The position numbers and the translations under genes were made by a program. A stretch of DNA of 64,000 nt from the NCBI GenBank assembly GCA_021162845.1, contig JAGGXX010000007.1:11361-75360 (forward strand), read 5' to 3'. This document shows positions 28,213 to 38,258 of this stretch, in pieces. A model generated the notes under the pieces. It ran no database searches and was not told the origin of the DNA. It worked only from the letters and a program-made list of their open reading frames with translations. Numbering within the stretch: position 1 is the stretch's first letter; the number at the start of each line of letters is the position of its first letter. The stretch is from Thermoprotei archaeon. Lineage in GTDB: Archaea > Thermoproteota > Thermoprotei > QMSL01 > B3-G16.

Positions 28213-28915
28213 AAAGCGTTCGTCACAGCTGTTTATATTCTACGAGGAAGCCAAAACACGTAATGGGCGTTGACGTTAACTTCAACAACATAATCTACAC
28301 GATAACCGATATGGACGGAAAGCTGGTCTCTATGGGTACTATACTCTTCAACGGCTTGAAGAGGGCATTACTCACAGGATCATTACTGAGAAGATACAGA
28401 GGAAATATAGTAAGAAGTGGAGATATGTTAAGGGCATAATGGAAGCTATCAGGAGGCATGGTAGGCGAGCCAGAAGCATACTCCTTGATTCAACACACTA
28501 CGTATCTAGGAGGATTGTGGAGGTAGCCAAAGAGTATAATGCGTTAATTGTCCTAGAGGACTTAAACAAGCTAAGAACAAGAGCTAATGGTTCTAGGAGG
28601 TTCAACAAGAAGCTAACGCTTTGGACATACCATAGAGTACAATCGTACATACACTACAAAGCTTTGGTTAAGAACCTCCCAGTAATCTATACCGACCCAA
28701 GAAACACCTCCAGAACATCGCCTATAGGTGGCAAACTAGAATTTGTAAATTATAGGTGGGCTAAGCTACCTAACAGATATATCGTTGCAAGAGACCTTAT
28801 TGCATCATGGAACCTAGCACTTAGAGGATTGAAACTCTTCACCCAAGATGTGGAGCTTCGTGGTCGTGTGGAGCTCCGAAAGCCCCCAGCTAGATGCAAA
28901 CCCAAGAAGGAATGA
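28213..28915 (+). pseudogene. tnpB: IS200/IS605-family TnpB (OrfB) remnant: N-terminally truncated, frameshifted, zinc finger degenerate
   Basis: RuvC-I motif HVMGVDVNFNNIIYTITDMDGKL in one frame (28213-28437). After a frameshift near 28370, the rest follows in the next frame: QRKYSKKWRYVKG...IVLEDLNKLRT...WTYHRVQSYIHYKALVKNLPVIYTDPRNTSRTSPIGG, where CxxC has become SPIGG. Confidence 0.6.
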
Positions 28916-29027
28916 AGGGGAAGCCCGTGCAAGTTTTCAAAAGATAATGCGCGGGCAACCACTATCTAACAGGATACAATAGGTAGGGTTCCTGTCCATT
29001 GTACGCGTGAATTCTAAGGTCGAGTTC

Positions 29028-29798
29028 TTAGGGGGGTAGGATCCCCTTCTTTCGAGCCCTATCGATGTACTCCAGGACTTCATCGTCACTTAAATCATAC
29101 CAGAGTACATAGGCGTCTGCGACGGCGAAAAAGGGTATTCCTGATCTAATGTTGGGGATTATTAAGTAGTCAGCTTTATCATAGAGAAGTCCTATCCCTG
29201 AGAGGGAGGCAGTTGGAGCCCCTATGAAGATCCCATTCACGCCTTTCTCACGGAGGAAGTCTATGGCTGCTAACATAGTATACCCCGAGGCTATGCCATC
29301 ATCTACTAATAGCACGTTATGCCCACTAACAAAGTCGTAGCCGCGATCATTACGGAATATGGTCTCTCGTCGTCTTACTTCCCCGTAGGTTTGCCTAACG
29401 TGCTCCCTTACTTCATCATCCGTAAACCCGAGATATGCCCTTAATGGCTCGTTTAGCACATATTCCCCATCTGGGCTCACAGCGCCATACCCCGCCTCCG
29501 TATTCCAAGGTATTAATATCTTCCTAACTATGATCAAGTCCATAGGTAATTCGAGCTCCAGGGCTAGCTCAAAACCCACAGGTACCCCTCCGCATGGTAT
29601 GGCAAGTACTAGGTCTAGTCCTTTATCTAAGCCAGCTTTCCTCACAAGGTCTGCTAACTTTTTACCCCCATCAACCCTGTCCATGAAGACACTGACGGCC
29701 TCCAATAGGCTTTCATCGAAGACCAGCTTGTCCTTGAAACCCTCAAGTAATCGTGCTAATCGTTTCTTATTGAATTCAGGCTCTAGGGGCATTAGCAT
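29028..29798 (-). CDS. phosphoribosyltransferase-family protein
   Basis: VLLVDDGIASGYTM PRPP-binding motif. Confidence 0.6.
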   Translation of the reverse strand: MLMPLEPEFNKKRLARLLEGFKDKLVFDESLLEAVSVFMDRVDGGKKLADLVRKAGLDKGLDLVLAIPCGGVPVGFELALELELPMDLIIVRKILIPWNTEAGYGAVSPDGEYVLNEPLRAYLGFTDDEVREHVRQTYGEVRRRETIFRNDRGYDFVSGHNVLLVDDGIASGYTMLAAIDFLREKGVNGIFIGAPTASLSGIGLLYDKADYLIIPNIRSGIPFFAVADAYVLWYDLSDDEVLEYIDRARKKGILPP

Positions 29799-30190
29799 TT
29801 ACCCTATCCCTACATTATGAGGAATAAGCTTATAATCGTCTGCTGCTGAGAACACCTAAGTCCGAGCCCGATGCATTTGGATATTATGGAAAATTAGTAA
29901 AATGAGATTAACAATAACTGTCATCACTCCATACTGCTAGCGGAGAAGAGTAATTACAGGTACTGATGTAGCTTTTCCCATAGATAATTCCAGTCAAGGT
30001 CTTAGTATACGGCTAGCCATCCTGTGATGACTATGATTTTAAGGAGAACTACGATGTAGCTATTGAGGTTAATGGTAATGGAGTCAGGTTCCTTTCTTCA
30101 GAAATCACACATTTTCGTAATATGGCTTATAGATTCTTAATAAGGATCAGGTTTTAAATTTATTATAACTAAGAATATTAACGATGATTT

Positions 30191-33115
30191 ATGCCTCTTT
30201 CATATTACCTACCTAAGGAGATAAAGCGTGAAGACATTTACCATGAAGACTGGATAGACTTCAATAAAAACGGTGTTAAAGATCCCTACGAAGATCAGAG
30301 CTTACCTTTAGACGAAAGAGTTGAAGATCTTTTATCGAGGATGACTATTGAGGAGAAGGTAGCTCAACTGAGATCGAGTTTTAACCCTGAGAACATAGTG
30401 GGGAACCTTTCATGCGTATTAAGAGGGCATCCGCCTAGGGAGGGAGCACTCAGGGCTAATGAGATTCAACGAAAGTATATAGAGGAGACGCGCCTTGGGA
30501 TCCCCGTGATAATTCACGATGAAAGCCTTCATGGCTGTATGGCTAAGTTCTCCACGGTATTTCCTCAGGCCATAGCCCTAGCAGCTACATGGGATCCAGA
30601 CCTCGTCTATAGGGTTGCTAAGGCAATCGCTAGGGAAACTAGGTCGAGGGGGATTCACCACGTGCTGGCTCCTGTGGTAAATATAGCAAGAGATGTAAGG
30701 GCCGGTAGGACCGAGGAAACATATGGTGAAGATCCCCACCTGACATCCACAATGGCCTACGCCTATTGTAAGGCGTTTAAAGAGGAGAACGTGATAACCA
30801 CGCCGAAACATTACATAATGAACTTCGTAGGCGATGGTGGTAGGGATAGTCATGAGATACACTTGTCGGAGAGGATAATTAGGGAGACGGAGTTACCCGC
30901 ATATATGGCAGCGATAAAAGCTGGGGCTCTATCGATAATGGCAGCATATAACTCTATTGATGGAGTGCCATGTTCATGTAATAAGTTCTGGTTGACTGAA
31001 GTCCTCAGGTGGGAGCTAGGATTTAAGGGATTTGTGGTATCGGACTATGGATCAGTAGGCGGGATACTATGGAAACATTACATCACTAACAAACCTGAGG
31101 AAGTCGCGAAGCTCGCATTAGATGCTGGATTAGACGTAGAGTTACCTGAAATTTACATATACGGTGATCCATTGCTTAAAGCCGTAAAGGAGGGCCTCAT
31201 CGATGAAGAGACATTGAATGAAGCAGTGAGAAGGGTTCTTAGAACTAAGTTCCTAATAGGTCTCTTCGATAAGCCTTATGTGAACCCTGATGAAGCAGAG
31301 GTAGTATGTAATTCTAAGGAACATAGGGAGCTAGCGCTGGAGGCCGCCAGGAAGGCAATAGTCCTTCTTAAGAATGAAGGTGGCATACTACCATTGGATA
31401 AGAGCAGGATAAGATCGATTGCAATCTTAGGTCCCCTCTCAGATACGATGAGGCTTGGTGGTTATAGCGGTATACCTAAGACCGCGATATCACCGCTTGA
31501 TGGTATAAAGGAGAAGCTCAAAGGGACGAGTATAGTCGTGAACCACGCAAAGGGCTGCCCGCTGGATATGGATCCTGACCTACCGATCCCTATATACTGC
31601 TTCTCGCCTCCAGGCCAGCCTGAGCGTCATGGGCTAAGAGGGGAATATTTCGATAACCCGGATCTTAGGGGAGCTCCTATAGGGACTAAGATCGACGCGC
31701 CATGGGAAGGCTTCATGAGATTTGACTGGGGCTACGGTCCGCCACCGCCATACCCTGGATTACCCAGTGATAAGTATTCCGTGAGATGGACGGGGAAGAT
31801 AAAGCCTCCTGAAACCGCGACGTACGAATTCAAGATAACTGCTTGCGGTGGTGGCGTGAGGTTATGGATAGATGGAAAACTACTGATAGATTCCTGGGAT
31901 AGGCCTGCAAGTATACCTAAATCAGCTAGAATCGAGTTAGAAGCTGGAAAGGAGTATGACATAAGGATAGAGTACAGGAAGATCGGAGTAGGCTATGCGT
32001 ACATAAAGCTCGGATGGGATATAGTCGGGATCACTGAGAACATGAGGAGGGCTATCGAGCTTGCAAAGAAGTCCGATGTGGCTGTGATATTCGTGGGGAT
32101 AGTGGAAGGCGAGCAAAAGGATAGGGCCTCATTAAGACTACCTAGGCTTCAGGAGCAATTGATAGAGGAGGTCTACAAGGTGAACAAGAATACCATCGTG
32201 GTACTAATAGCGGGGAGTGCAGTAACCGGAGATTGGATACGCTACGTACCCGCGATACTGCAGGCATGGTATCCGGGGCAAGAAGGCGGTCTTGCGATAG
32301 CTGATGTGCTCTTTGGTGATTACAATCCAGCGGGAAGGTTACCGATTACATGGCCTAGACATGAGGGGCAATTACCCTTATACTATAACTTTAAGCCATC
32401 AGGAAGGGTATATGATTACGTAAATATGCCTCCTACGCCGCTGTTCCCCTTTGGCCATGGTTTAAGTTATACGGAATTCAACTACAGTAATTTAAGGATT
32501 GAAGTCGATGAGAAGGCCCGGGTCGTGAAGGTAAGTGTTGACATAGAGAACGTTGGTGATAGAGAAGGCGACGAAGTGGTTCAGCTCTACATACGAGATA
32601 AGACATCAAGTATAGCAAGGCCGTTTAGGGAATTGAGAGGGTTCAAGAGGATAACGTTAAAGCCAAAGGAGAAGAAGACCGTGACCTTCGTGCTTAAGCC
32701 GGATGACCTAGCGATGTACGATCAAGATATGAGACGCGTAGTGGAGCCTGGTGAATTCGAGGTGCTGATAGGCGCCTCGTCAGAGGACATAAGATTAGTC
32801 GGGTCCTTTAACGTAAAGGAGTGCATAAGAGGTAGGTCTAAGGTGAGCTTGGGGCTGGGAGGGAGCTTAACGGTGAAGAGAGGCGAGGTATTGAAGGTTC
32901 CAGTTAAGGTGAAGAATGAAGGCTTAGTCACTGATCTGATACCCATAACCCTTTACGTCGATTCAAGAGAAGTTGAGCGACATAGGGTCTATCTGGAGCC
33001 CAATGAAGAGCGACTAATCGAATTTAAGGTAAAGCTGATGGAGGAAGGGATGAGAGAGATAACCGTAGCATCCCCTGAATCGGCATCAACGATAATGGTG
33101 AGAGTTGCTAAGTAA
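30191..33115 (+). CDS. glycoside hydrolase family 3 beta-glucosidase/xylosidase with inserted PA14 domain and C-terminal FnIII-like plus CARDB-like beta-sandwich domains
   Basis: GH3 N-terminal and alpha/beta domains (SDYGS..., KHYIMN). The PA14 insert is GEYFDNPDLRG...YSVRWTGKIKPPETATYEFKITACGGGVRLWIDGKLL. No signal peptide. Confidence 0.85.
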   Translation: MPLSYYLPKEIKREDIYHEDWIDFNKNGVKDPYEDQSLPLDERVEDLLSRMTIEEKVAQLRSSFNPENIVGNLSCVLRGHPPREGALRANEIQRKYIEETRLGIPVIIHDESLHGCMAKFSTVFPQAIALAATWDPDLVYRVAKAIARETRSRGIHHVLAPVVNIARDVRAGRTEETYGEDPHLTSTMAYAYCKAFKEENVITTPKHYIMNFVGDGGRDSHEIHLSERIIRETELPAYMAAIKAGALSIMAAYNSIDGVPCSCNKFWLTEVLRWELGFKGFVVSDYGSVGGILWKHYITNKPEEVAKLALDAGLDVELPEIYIYGDPLLKAVKEGLIDEETLNEAVRRVLRTKFLIGLFDKPYVNPDEAEVVCNSKEHRELALEAARKAIVLLKNEGGILPLDKSRIRSIAILGPLSDTMRLGGYSGIPKTAISPLDGIKEKLKGTSIVVNHAKGCPLDMDPDLPIPIYCFSPPGQPERHGLRGEYFDNPDLRGAPIGTKIDAPWEGFMRFDWGYGPPPPYPGLPSDKYSVRWTGKIKPPETATYEFKITACGGGVRLWIDGKLLIDSWDRPASIPKSARIELEAGKEYDIRIEYRKIGVGYAYIKLGWDIVGITENMRRAIELAKKSDVAVIFVGIVEGEQKDRASLRLPRLQEQLIEEVYKVNKNTIVVLIAGSAVTGDWIRYVPAILQAWYPGQEGGLAIADVLFGDYNPAGRLPITWPRHEGQLPLYYNFKPSGRVYDYVNMPPTPLFPFGHGLSYTEFNYSNLRIEVDEKARVVKVSVDIENVGDREGDEVVQLYIRDKTSSIARPFRELRGFKRITLKPKEKKTVTFVLKPDDLAMYDQDMRRVVEPGEFEVLIGASSEDIRLVGSFNVKECIRGRSKVSLGLGGSLTVKRGEVLKVPVKVKNEGLVTDLIPITLYVDSREVERHRVYLEPNEERLIEFKVKLMEEGMREITVASPESASTIMVRVAK

Positions 33116-33569
33116 TCCCTCATCTCAAGTGAATAAAGGGAGATGATGAACTCAAGCGAAGCTTGTATGATGTCATCAAAAAATTTCCCCCTCATGAACG
33201 TTTTTATCAGCCTTAACAGGTCGTTCACCCGGAAGGCCTATTGAGTATTTGTAATTGCTGTTCGAGAAGTGACATATGAGAGCGGTTCATGTAGGAGACC
33301 TCCTCATGGCCCCAGGCTCATCACTTTATGCCTCCATAGCTCCCTGCTAAAACTTAACACCTGTATTCCGAGCTCATCTATTGTGATGTCTGTTATTAGG
33401 GGCTAAGTTAATCCTTCCTGGATCACTAGATCCGTAACAATGCTCGAGATTTGATTCCAGAAGCATGTAATCGACTTTCCGTTAGCCCCTCAAATTAGCG
33501 GTTTACGAGTCCCTAAGCTCATATCATGGTATTTAAAGAATAGCAAGTGAGGGACGTACGTTGAGCATC

Positions 33570-36500
33570 ATGAGGCTTCCTGAACAAGCCCATGGGATAT
33601 TGTTAGCAACACTCTTAATCTGCATGCTCCTCTTTATACCTAAGGCCATAGGCGTTGGCATGTCAAGTCACGGGGGCATAAGGTCGGCTTTCGACCCGAG
33701 GCTTATACATGAGGGAGGATGGTGCAAGAAGCCCTTCTGGGTCTTAAGAAGTGCTGCGAGCCCGGCCTGGCTCATGAGAGCTAGGAGTCACAGGATCTTA
33801 TTCTTTTACAACATTAGGGAGCATGGGAAAGGCCCACCTACCTGTCTATTCGTAATGACTCGGCATGGGGTAAAGATGATAGAGAGAGGAGGATGGATCA
33901 GGGGGGAGGAAATCGTTAAGCCGTGGATTGTTGTAAGCTTCACGGGAGCTGAGGGATGGAATCTCTTTGACGTTCCATGGCTCATATACCTACAGAGGAG
34001 GCCCCTCCTGATAAGGCTCACGGAAGATTATCTCGAGATATCATTTAGGGAGAATGATACCGGGTACATATGCGCGATGCCCCTTTTCGGCTACCTTAAA
34101 GTTCCTCAAGAGGGCAAGAGGAATTCGCCAATATTCGGTTCTAAGGCCAGATCCATAAGGACTTGGGAATGGAGGGAGAAGGGGACGTTGCCTGATGATG
34201 TTGTTAGAAGGTGTGAGTTCTGGCGTAGAACGTTTCTCCGTTATCCTGCTGGCATGTGGGAGACCTTCTCTGTTGATAGAAGTAAAGACCTGATCATTAT
34301 TAAAGAGAGATATGAGTGGCTATGTTTCAATGATGATTGGGGTACTAAGCCCCTCAAGTTCGCCGCCATATCTCCAACGTTAGCCCTAGCATGTCTTTAT
34401 GGGTTCCCCGTCGAGCTATCCCACGAACTCCATGACCCGGACCTCTATACGCCATATGGACCGTTAATGGGGGCCTTAGGAACCGATGTTATTGAGATGA
34501 AGTTCAAGGTCCTGCAGTACATAAACGAAATGGAGAAGCCTAAGATGCCTGATCCAAGTAACGAGATTGCGATGAGAGCTATTAAGAGGCTTAGGAGCGT
34601 CATGAGGTCGCGCTTCCCCAGATCAGGGGAGTTCGATATAGACCATAGAGGGGGTATCTGGACTAGAAAGCCACAGGAGACGAATTACTGTTGGGCCGTG
34701 ATGGGGGATATCTGGTACTGTAGAGCTCTTCCATATCTTGATGAAGAGACCAGAGAAGTCGTAAAATCATGCCTCAGGAGGTACTTCAAGGACTATGTGC
34801 TGACCCTTAAGCCGTATGATCCACATAGGGGTAAGCTACTACTTCACGGTCCAGGGATAGGTTCTTGGGGAAGCTGGGGAGATGCCGGAAAGTTCTCCAC
34901 CAACTTACTGCAGACGATATGGGCCTATGCTCAGTTCACTGGTGATTGGAATTTGATCAGGGAGAGGTGGAGCCTTATCAAGAGATTCTTCATTCTTCCC
35001 GAGGAGGTGAGGTGGCAGGGGTGGGGGAGATATGCTATAGCCGAGCTAGGGGACATGGCCCCTTCATGTATAGCCATGGCCCGTATGGCGTGGATGGTTG
35101 GCGATATGGACCACTATGACTTCGCGTCCTACTGCTTTGCTAAGGAGTTAGTCGTGCATTTCGTCATGTCCCTCGGAGCCCGATACTTCTATGAGTACAG
35201 ACCTCATGATAGACCTGAGCCCATGGGTGAAGTGGTGTTCTTGACCAACATATGGGGCGAGACTGCTGGATGGCAGATAGACGGCCCGAGATATCCTAAA
35301 GAGACGCTGGAAAGGCAATATCTGAACAGATGGGTTAGGTTTCAATGCCCAGATACCGCGAGGTTTTATCGTGATGTAAAGGCACTTCGCTGGGCTGTCG
35401 AAGGAGAACTCAACGACCCGGAGCTCGGATGGGAAAGGTTCAGAGATCATATGTGCGTAGATGACTCTCACATTCTTCCTTCATTCGTTAGAATAAGGTC
35501 TCTCCTGCTCGATGAGCCTCCTGGGAAGCTTGCGGAGATATGTAGACCTGAGGACATGAGGGGGCCTCCTTCGGGGATCGTGGCATCCATGATAGCATAC
35601 ATTAGGACCTCGACACCGCATGAATATGTGCGCATAATCCCCAAGGAGGGGCGTCCCTCTGAATTCGCTCCTGGGTTGGATCGAACTGGGGGATGGGAGT
35701 ACGGTGTAGTAGAGCCTATACATGATTCAGACCTAGTGATGACTATCAGGGGGCCTTGGGCTATCCCTGTCTGGAGGTTTTGGGGCGATAATGGTAGTGA
35801 CCTGTACTTTGGCTCCATAACGCCCTTCCCGGATATGAGTGAGGGCTACGTTGAGGAGGTAGTGCTTAGTTGGATAAGCTCTGTAAGGACATTTGAGCCG
35901 GTTAAGCCGAGAAGTCTCTCAGAGGAAGAACTCGTGAAGCTACTTCACGGGGAAAAGGAGATTAAGTGGCTATTGATAGGCCCCTTTCCTAATCGGATGG
36001 ACAAGTCGTTAATAAAGGACGCATACCCTCCTGAAGTTAAGATGAACACATCCTATGTACTCGGGGATAAGACCTACAGATGGGTTGAGGTAAGAGGCGT
36101 CGTATTCGATTTACATGAGCTCTTAAGCACTGATCATGGCATAGCGTACATACTTAACTATGTCTTCAGTCCAAGCGAGAGAAAGGCCTACCTGCTTGTG
36201 GGCACAAGTGGGGGCTGTAGGGTATGGGTAAATAATGAGCTTATGTTTAGCTGGCATAGGAGGCATGAGCCCTTTAGGAAAGATAAATTCCGTGTTATAG
36301 TCCACTTAAGAAGAGGATGGAATAAGATATTAGTAAAGATAGAGGGGGCCTGGGGATACTGGAGAGCTTCATGTAGGATAACATACGGTGACGGCATGCC
36401 CTTCGGGGATCTCGTTTTTGATCCCTATCATGGGTTCAAAGGGCCGAGGACGTCCATGGTTAAAGTCAAGAGCTTATTTATCGAGCCCAGAGAAGTCTTT

Positions 36501-36830
36501 CCTAGCGAAGTGATCACCGTTAGAGCGCGCTTAGTGAACATCAGCAATAGGACAATGCGACATACCATATACCTATTAGTGGACAATAGATTGCTCTCAT
36601 CAAAGGAGATCGAATTAAGGGCTAATAAGAGCATGGAGCTCATTTTCACTATAGATACAGAGGAGCTCAATGAAGGAGCTCATTATGTGGTGGTGGATGA
36701 TGTCCGAGAGAGCTTCGTGATTAAGAGAGGGAATACCCTGACAGTCTGCGCTCCAATAGCCGTCATTATTGTAACTGCGATAATCATCCTGGCATTGGCT
36801 TTAAGAAGGGTGAGGAATAAAGAGGCGTAA
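33570..36830 (+). CDS. large membrane-anchored surface protein of unknown family (N-terminal signal/TM, sugar-binding-like beta-sandwich, CARDB-like domain, C-terminal TM anchor)
   Basis: Signal-like N-terminus MRLPEQAHGILLATLLICMLLFIPKAIGVG. YLLVGTSGGCRVWVNNELMF...GWNKILVKIEG resembles a galactose-binding-like module. VITVRARLVNISNRTMRHTIYLLVDNRLL...ELIFT resembles CARDB. C-terminus VCAPIAVIIVTAIIILALALRRVRNKEA. A TATA-like tatttaaa lies at 33530-33537. Confidence 0.6.
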   Translation: MRLPEQAHGILLATLLICMLLFIPKAIGVGMSSHGGIRSAFDPRLIHEGGWCKKPFWVLRSAASPAWLMRARSHRILFFYNIREHGKGPPTCLFVMTRHGVKMIERGGWIRGEEIVKPWIVVSFTGAEGWNLFDVPWLIYLQRRPLLIRLTEDYLEISFRENDTGYICAMPLFGYLKVPQEGKRNSPIFGSKARSIRTWEWREKGTLPDDVVRRCEFWRRTFLRYPAGMWETFSVDRSKDLIIIKERYEWLCFNDDWGTKPLKFAAISPTLALACLYGFPVELSHELHDPDLYTPYGPLMGALGTDVIEMKFKVLQYINEMEKPKMPDPSNEIAMRAIKRLRSVMRSRFPRSGEFDIDHRGGIWTRKPQETNYCWAVMGDIWYCRALPYLDEETREVVKSCLRRYFKDYVLTLKPYDPHRGKLLLHGPGIGSWGSWGDAGKFSTNLLQTIWAYAQFTGDWNLIRERWSLIKRFFILPEEVRWQGWGRYAIAELGDMAPSCIAMARMAWMVGDMDHYDFASYCFAKELVVHFVMSLGARYFYEYRPHDRPEPMGEVVFLTNIWGETAGWQIDGPRYPKETLERQYLNRWVRFQCPDTARFYRDVKALRWAVEGELNDPELGWERFRDHMCVDDSHILPSFVRIRSLLLDEPPGKLAEICRPEDMRGPPSGIVASMIAYIRTSTPHEYVRIIPKEGRPSEFAPGLDRTGGWEYGVVEPIHDSDLVMTIRGPWAIPVWRFWGDNGSDLYFGSITPFPDMSEGYVEEVVLSWISSVRTFEPVKPRSLSEEELVKLLHGEKEIKWLLIGPFPNRMDKSLIKDAYPPEVKMNTSYVLGDKTYRWVEVRGVVFDLHELLSTDHGIAYILNYVFSPSERKAYLLVGTSGGCRVWVNNELMFSWHRRHEPFRKDKFRVIVHLRRGWNKILVKIEGAWGYWRASCRITYGDGMPFGDLVFDPYHGFKGPRTSMVKVKSLFIEPREVFPSEVITVRARLVNISNRTMRHTIYLLVDNRLLSSKEIELRANKSMELIFTIDTEELNEGAHYVVVDDVRESFVIKRGNTLTVCAPIAVIIVTAIIILALALRRVRNKEA

Positions 36831-36932
36831 AACGCGATTTGATACAGAAAGCTACAAATTAACATTCCACTCGCATATGATGCCCTAGATCTTTAGGGTT
36901 AGCTATTTATTCACGTTAACAATTAGTTAATA

Positions 36933-37670
36933 GTGTGGATCCCTAGGTGGTTGGGCGAAGCATACTCGAAGCTGTTCGTGGAACTCGGAATAGAGCTCTT
37001 CAAGCTCGATGATGTCAAGAGAGTGCTAGGTGTTAGTGACTCTAGGGCTAGAGTCCTGGTATCTCATCTCCATAAAAGGGGTGTGCTCCTGGTCTTTGAG
37101 CGGAAGAGGCCTCGCCTCTATAGGTTGCTCTCGCCTGAGAACTTCCTTCTGCTAGCCTCGGGGAGAGTGAGGAGGGCTGAGGTTCCTCAGGAGAGGTACG
37201 TACAGTTGATCTACGACTGCTTTAGAGCGGTCGATAAGCTGATCAACCTCAAGTCCTTCGTAATCTATGGATCCGTGGCGAGGGGAGAAGCGTCCCCGAC
37301 CAGTGACCTAGATCTTCTGGTGATCTCTGATGACTTCAAGGGGAGCTTGGGCGAAAGGGTCGACTACCTGTTCCGTAACGTGAAGAAAGAGGTCAGTAAC
37401 GAACTGACATTCCTAAGGAAGCACGGGTATTACACGTTCCTCAGCTTCTATCCACTAAGAGGAGAGGAGGCCGAGAGGCTACCCCTGTTAATGCTCGACA
37501 TGGTAGAGGACGCCATAGTGATTTATGATGAAGGAATGTTCTTCGAAGGATTAATGAAAGCGCTCAGGCGGAAGTTAGCTGAGCTTGGAGCTGTGAGAAT
37601 TAAGGGGAAGAAGGGGATGTACTGGGACTTAAAGCCGGATTACAAGCCGTTCGAGGCGGTTCCATTATGA
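36933..37670 (+). CDS. MNT nucleotidyltransferase with N-terminal wHTH-like extension
   Basis: VIYGSVARGEASPTSDLDLLVISDDF. Confidence 0.7.
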   Translation: MWIPRWLGEAYSKLFVELGIELFKLDDVKRVLGVSDSRARVLVSHLHKRGVLLVFERKRPRLYRLLSPENFLLLASGRVRRAEVPQERYVQLIYDCFRAVDKLINLKSFVIYGSVARGEASPTSDLDLLVISDDFKGSLGERVDYLFRNVKKEVSNELTFLRKHGYYTFLSFYPLRGEEAERLPLLMLDMVEDAIVIYDEGMFFEGLMKALRRKLAELGAVRIKGKKGMYWDLKPDYKPFEAVPL

Positions 37671-38101
37671 GATTGGTCAAAATGACTTCCTCCTATCTGA
37701 GACAGGCTCATAGCAGACTTAGAGATGCGGAGGAAGCGTTAATGGAGGGCAACTACCCATATGCTCTCAGGCTAAGCCAGGAGTGCGTTGAACTCTCCCT
37801 TAAAGCCTCGCTTAAGCTCACTGGCATAGAATACCCCAAGGTACATGACGTATCGGACGTACTACTCGACCATAAGGATAGGTTTCCGCACTGGTTTAAG
37901 GCTGAGATAGGATTCATGGCTGAAACCTCCTCAAGCTTAGCCGCAAAGAGGGAACTAGCCTTCTACGGGGGAGAAGAAGAGTTCCTGACACCTGAGGAAG
38001 TGATAAGCAGGAGGGAAGCTGTAGAAGCGGTAGAGAAGGCCAGAAGAGTCTATGATCTATGTTACAAGCTCCTCTCAGCTTACCTGGAAAAAGAGCGATA
38101 A
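37667..38101 (+). CDS. HEPN-domain protein (partner of the upstream MNT)
   Basis: SYLRQAHSRLRDAEEALMEGNYPYALRLSQECVELSLKASLKL. 4-nt overlap with the MNT gene. Confidence 0.7.
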   Translation: MRLVKMTSSYLRQAHSRLRDAEEALMEGNYPYALRLSQECVELSLKASLKLTGIEYPKVHDVSDVLLDHKDRFPHWFKAEIGFMAETSSSLAAKRELAFYGGEEEFLTPEEVISRREAVEAVEKARRVYDLCYKLLSAYLEKER

Positions 38102-38258
38102 CTCTGCTCAAGAATACATGCGTAACATCCGCCTAAGAGCGTGGAAAGCTGAGATAAAGAAAAGCAAGAGCAAGTGAATACGGGACAAAGGCTATCATAT
38201 ACATCTTAGGAAAATAGGTATTTATAGCCTTATTGCCATAAGGCTATATGGTCTGATT

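Noticed and set aside
33140-33190. Possible C/D-box sRNA: two ATGATGA/ATGATG boxes about 25 nt apart in the GH3-to-surface-protein spacer.
   Set aside because: No CTGA D or D' boxes at the expected spacing, and no terminal stem. The C-box-like heptamers alone are common by chance.
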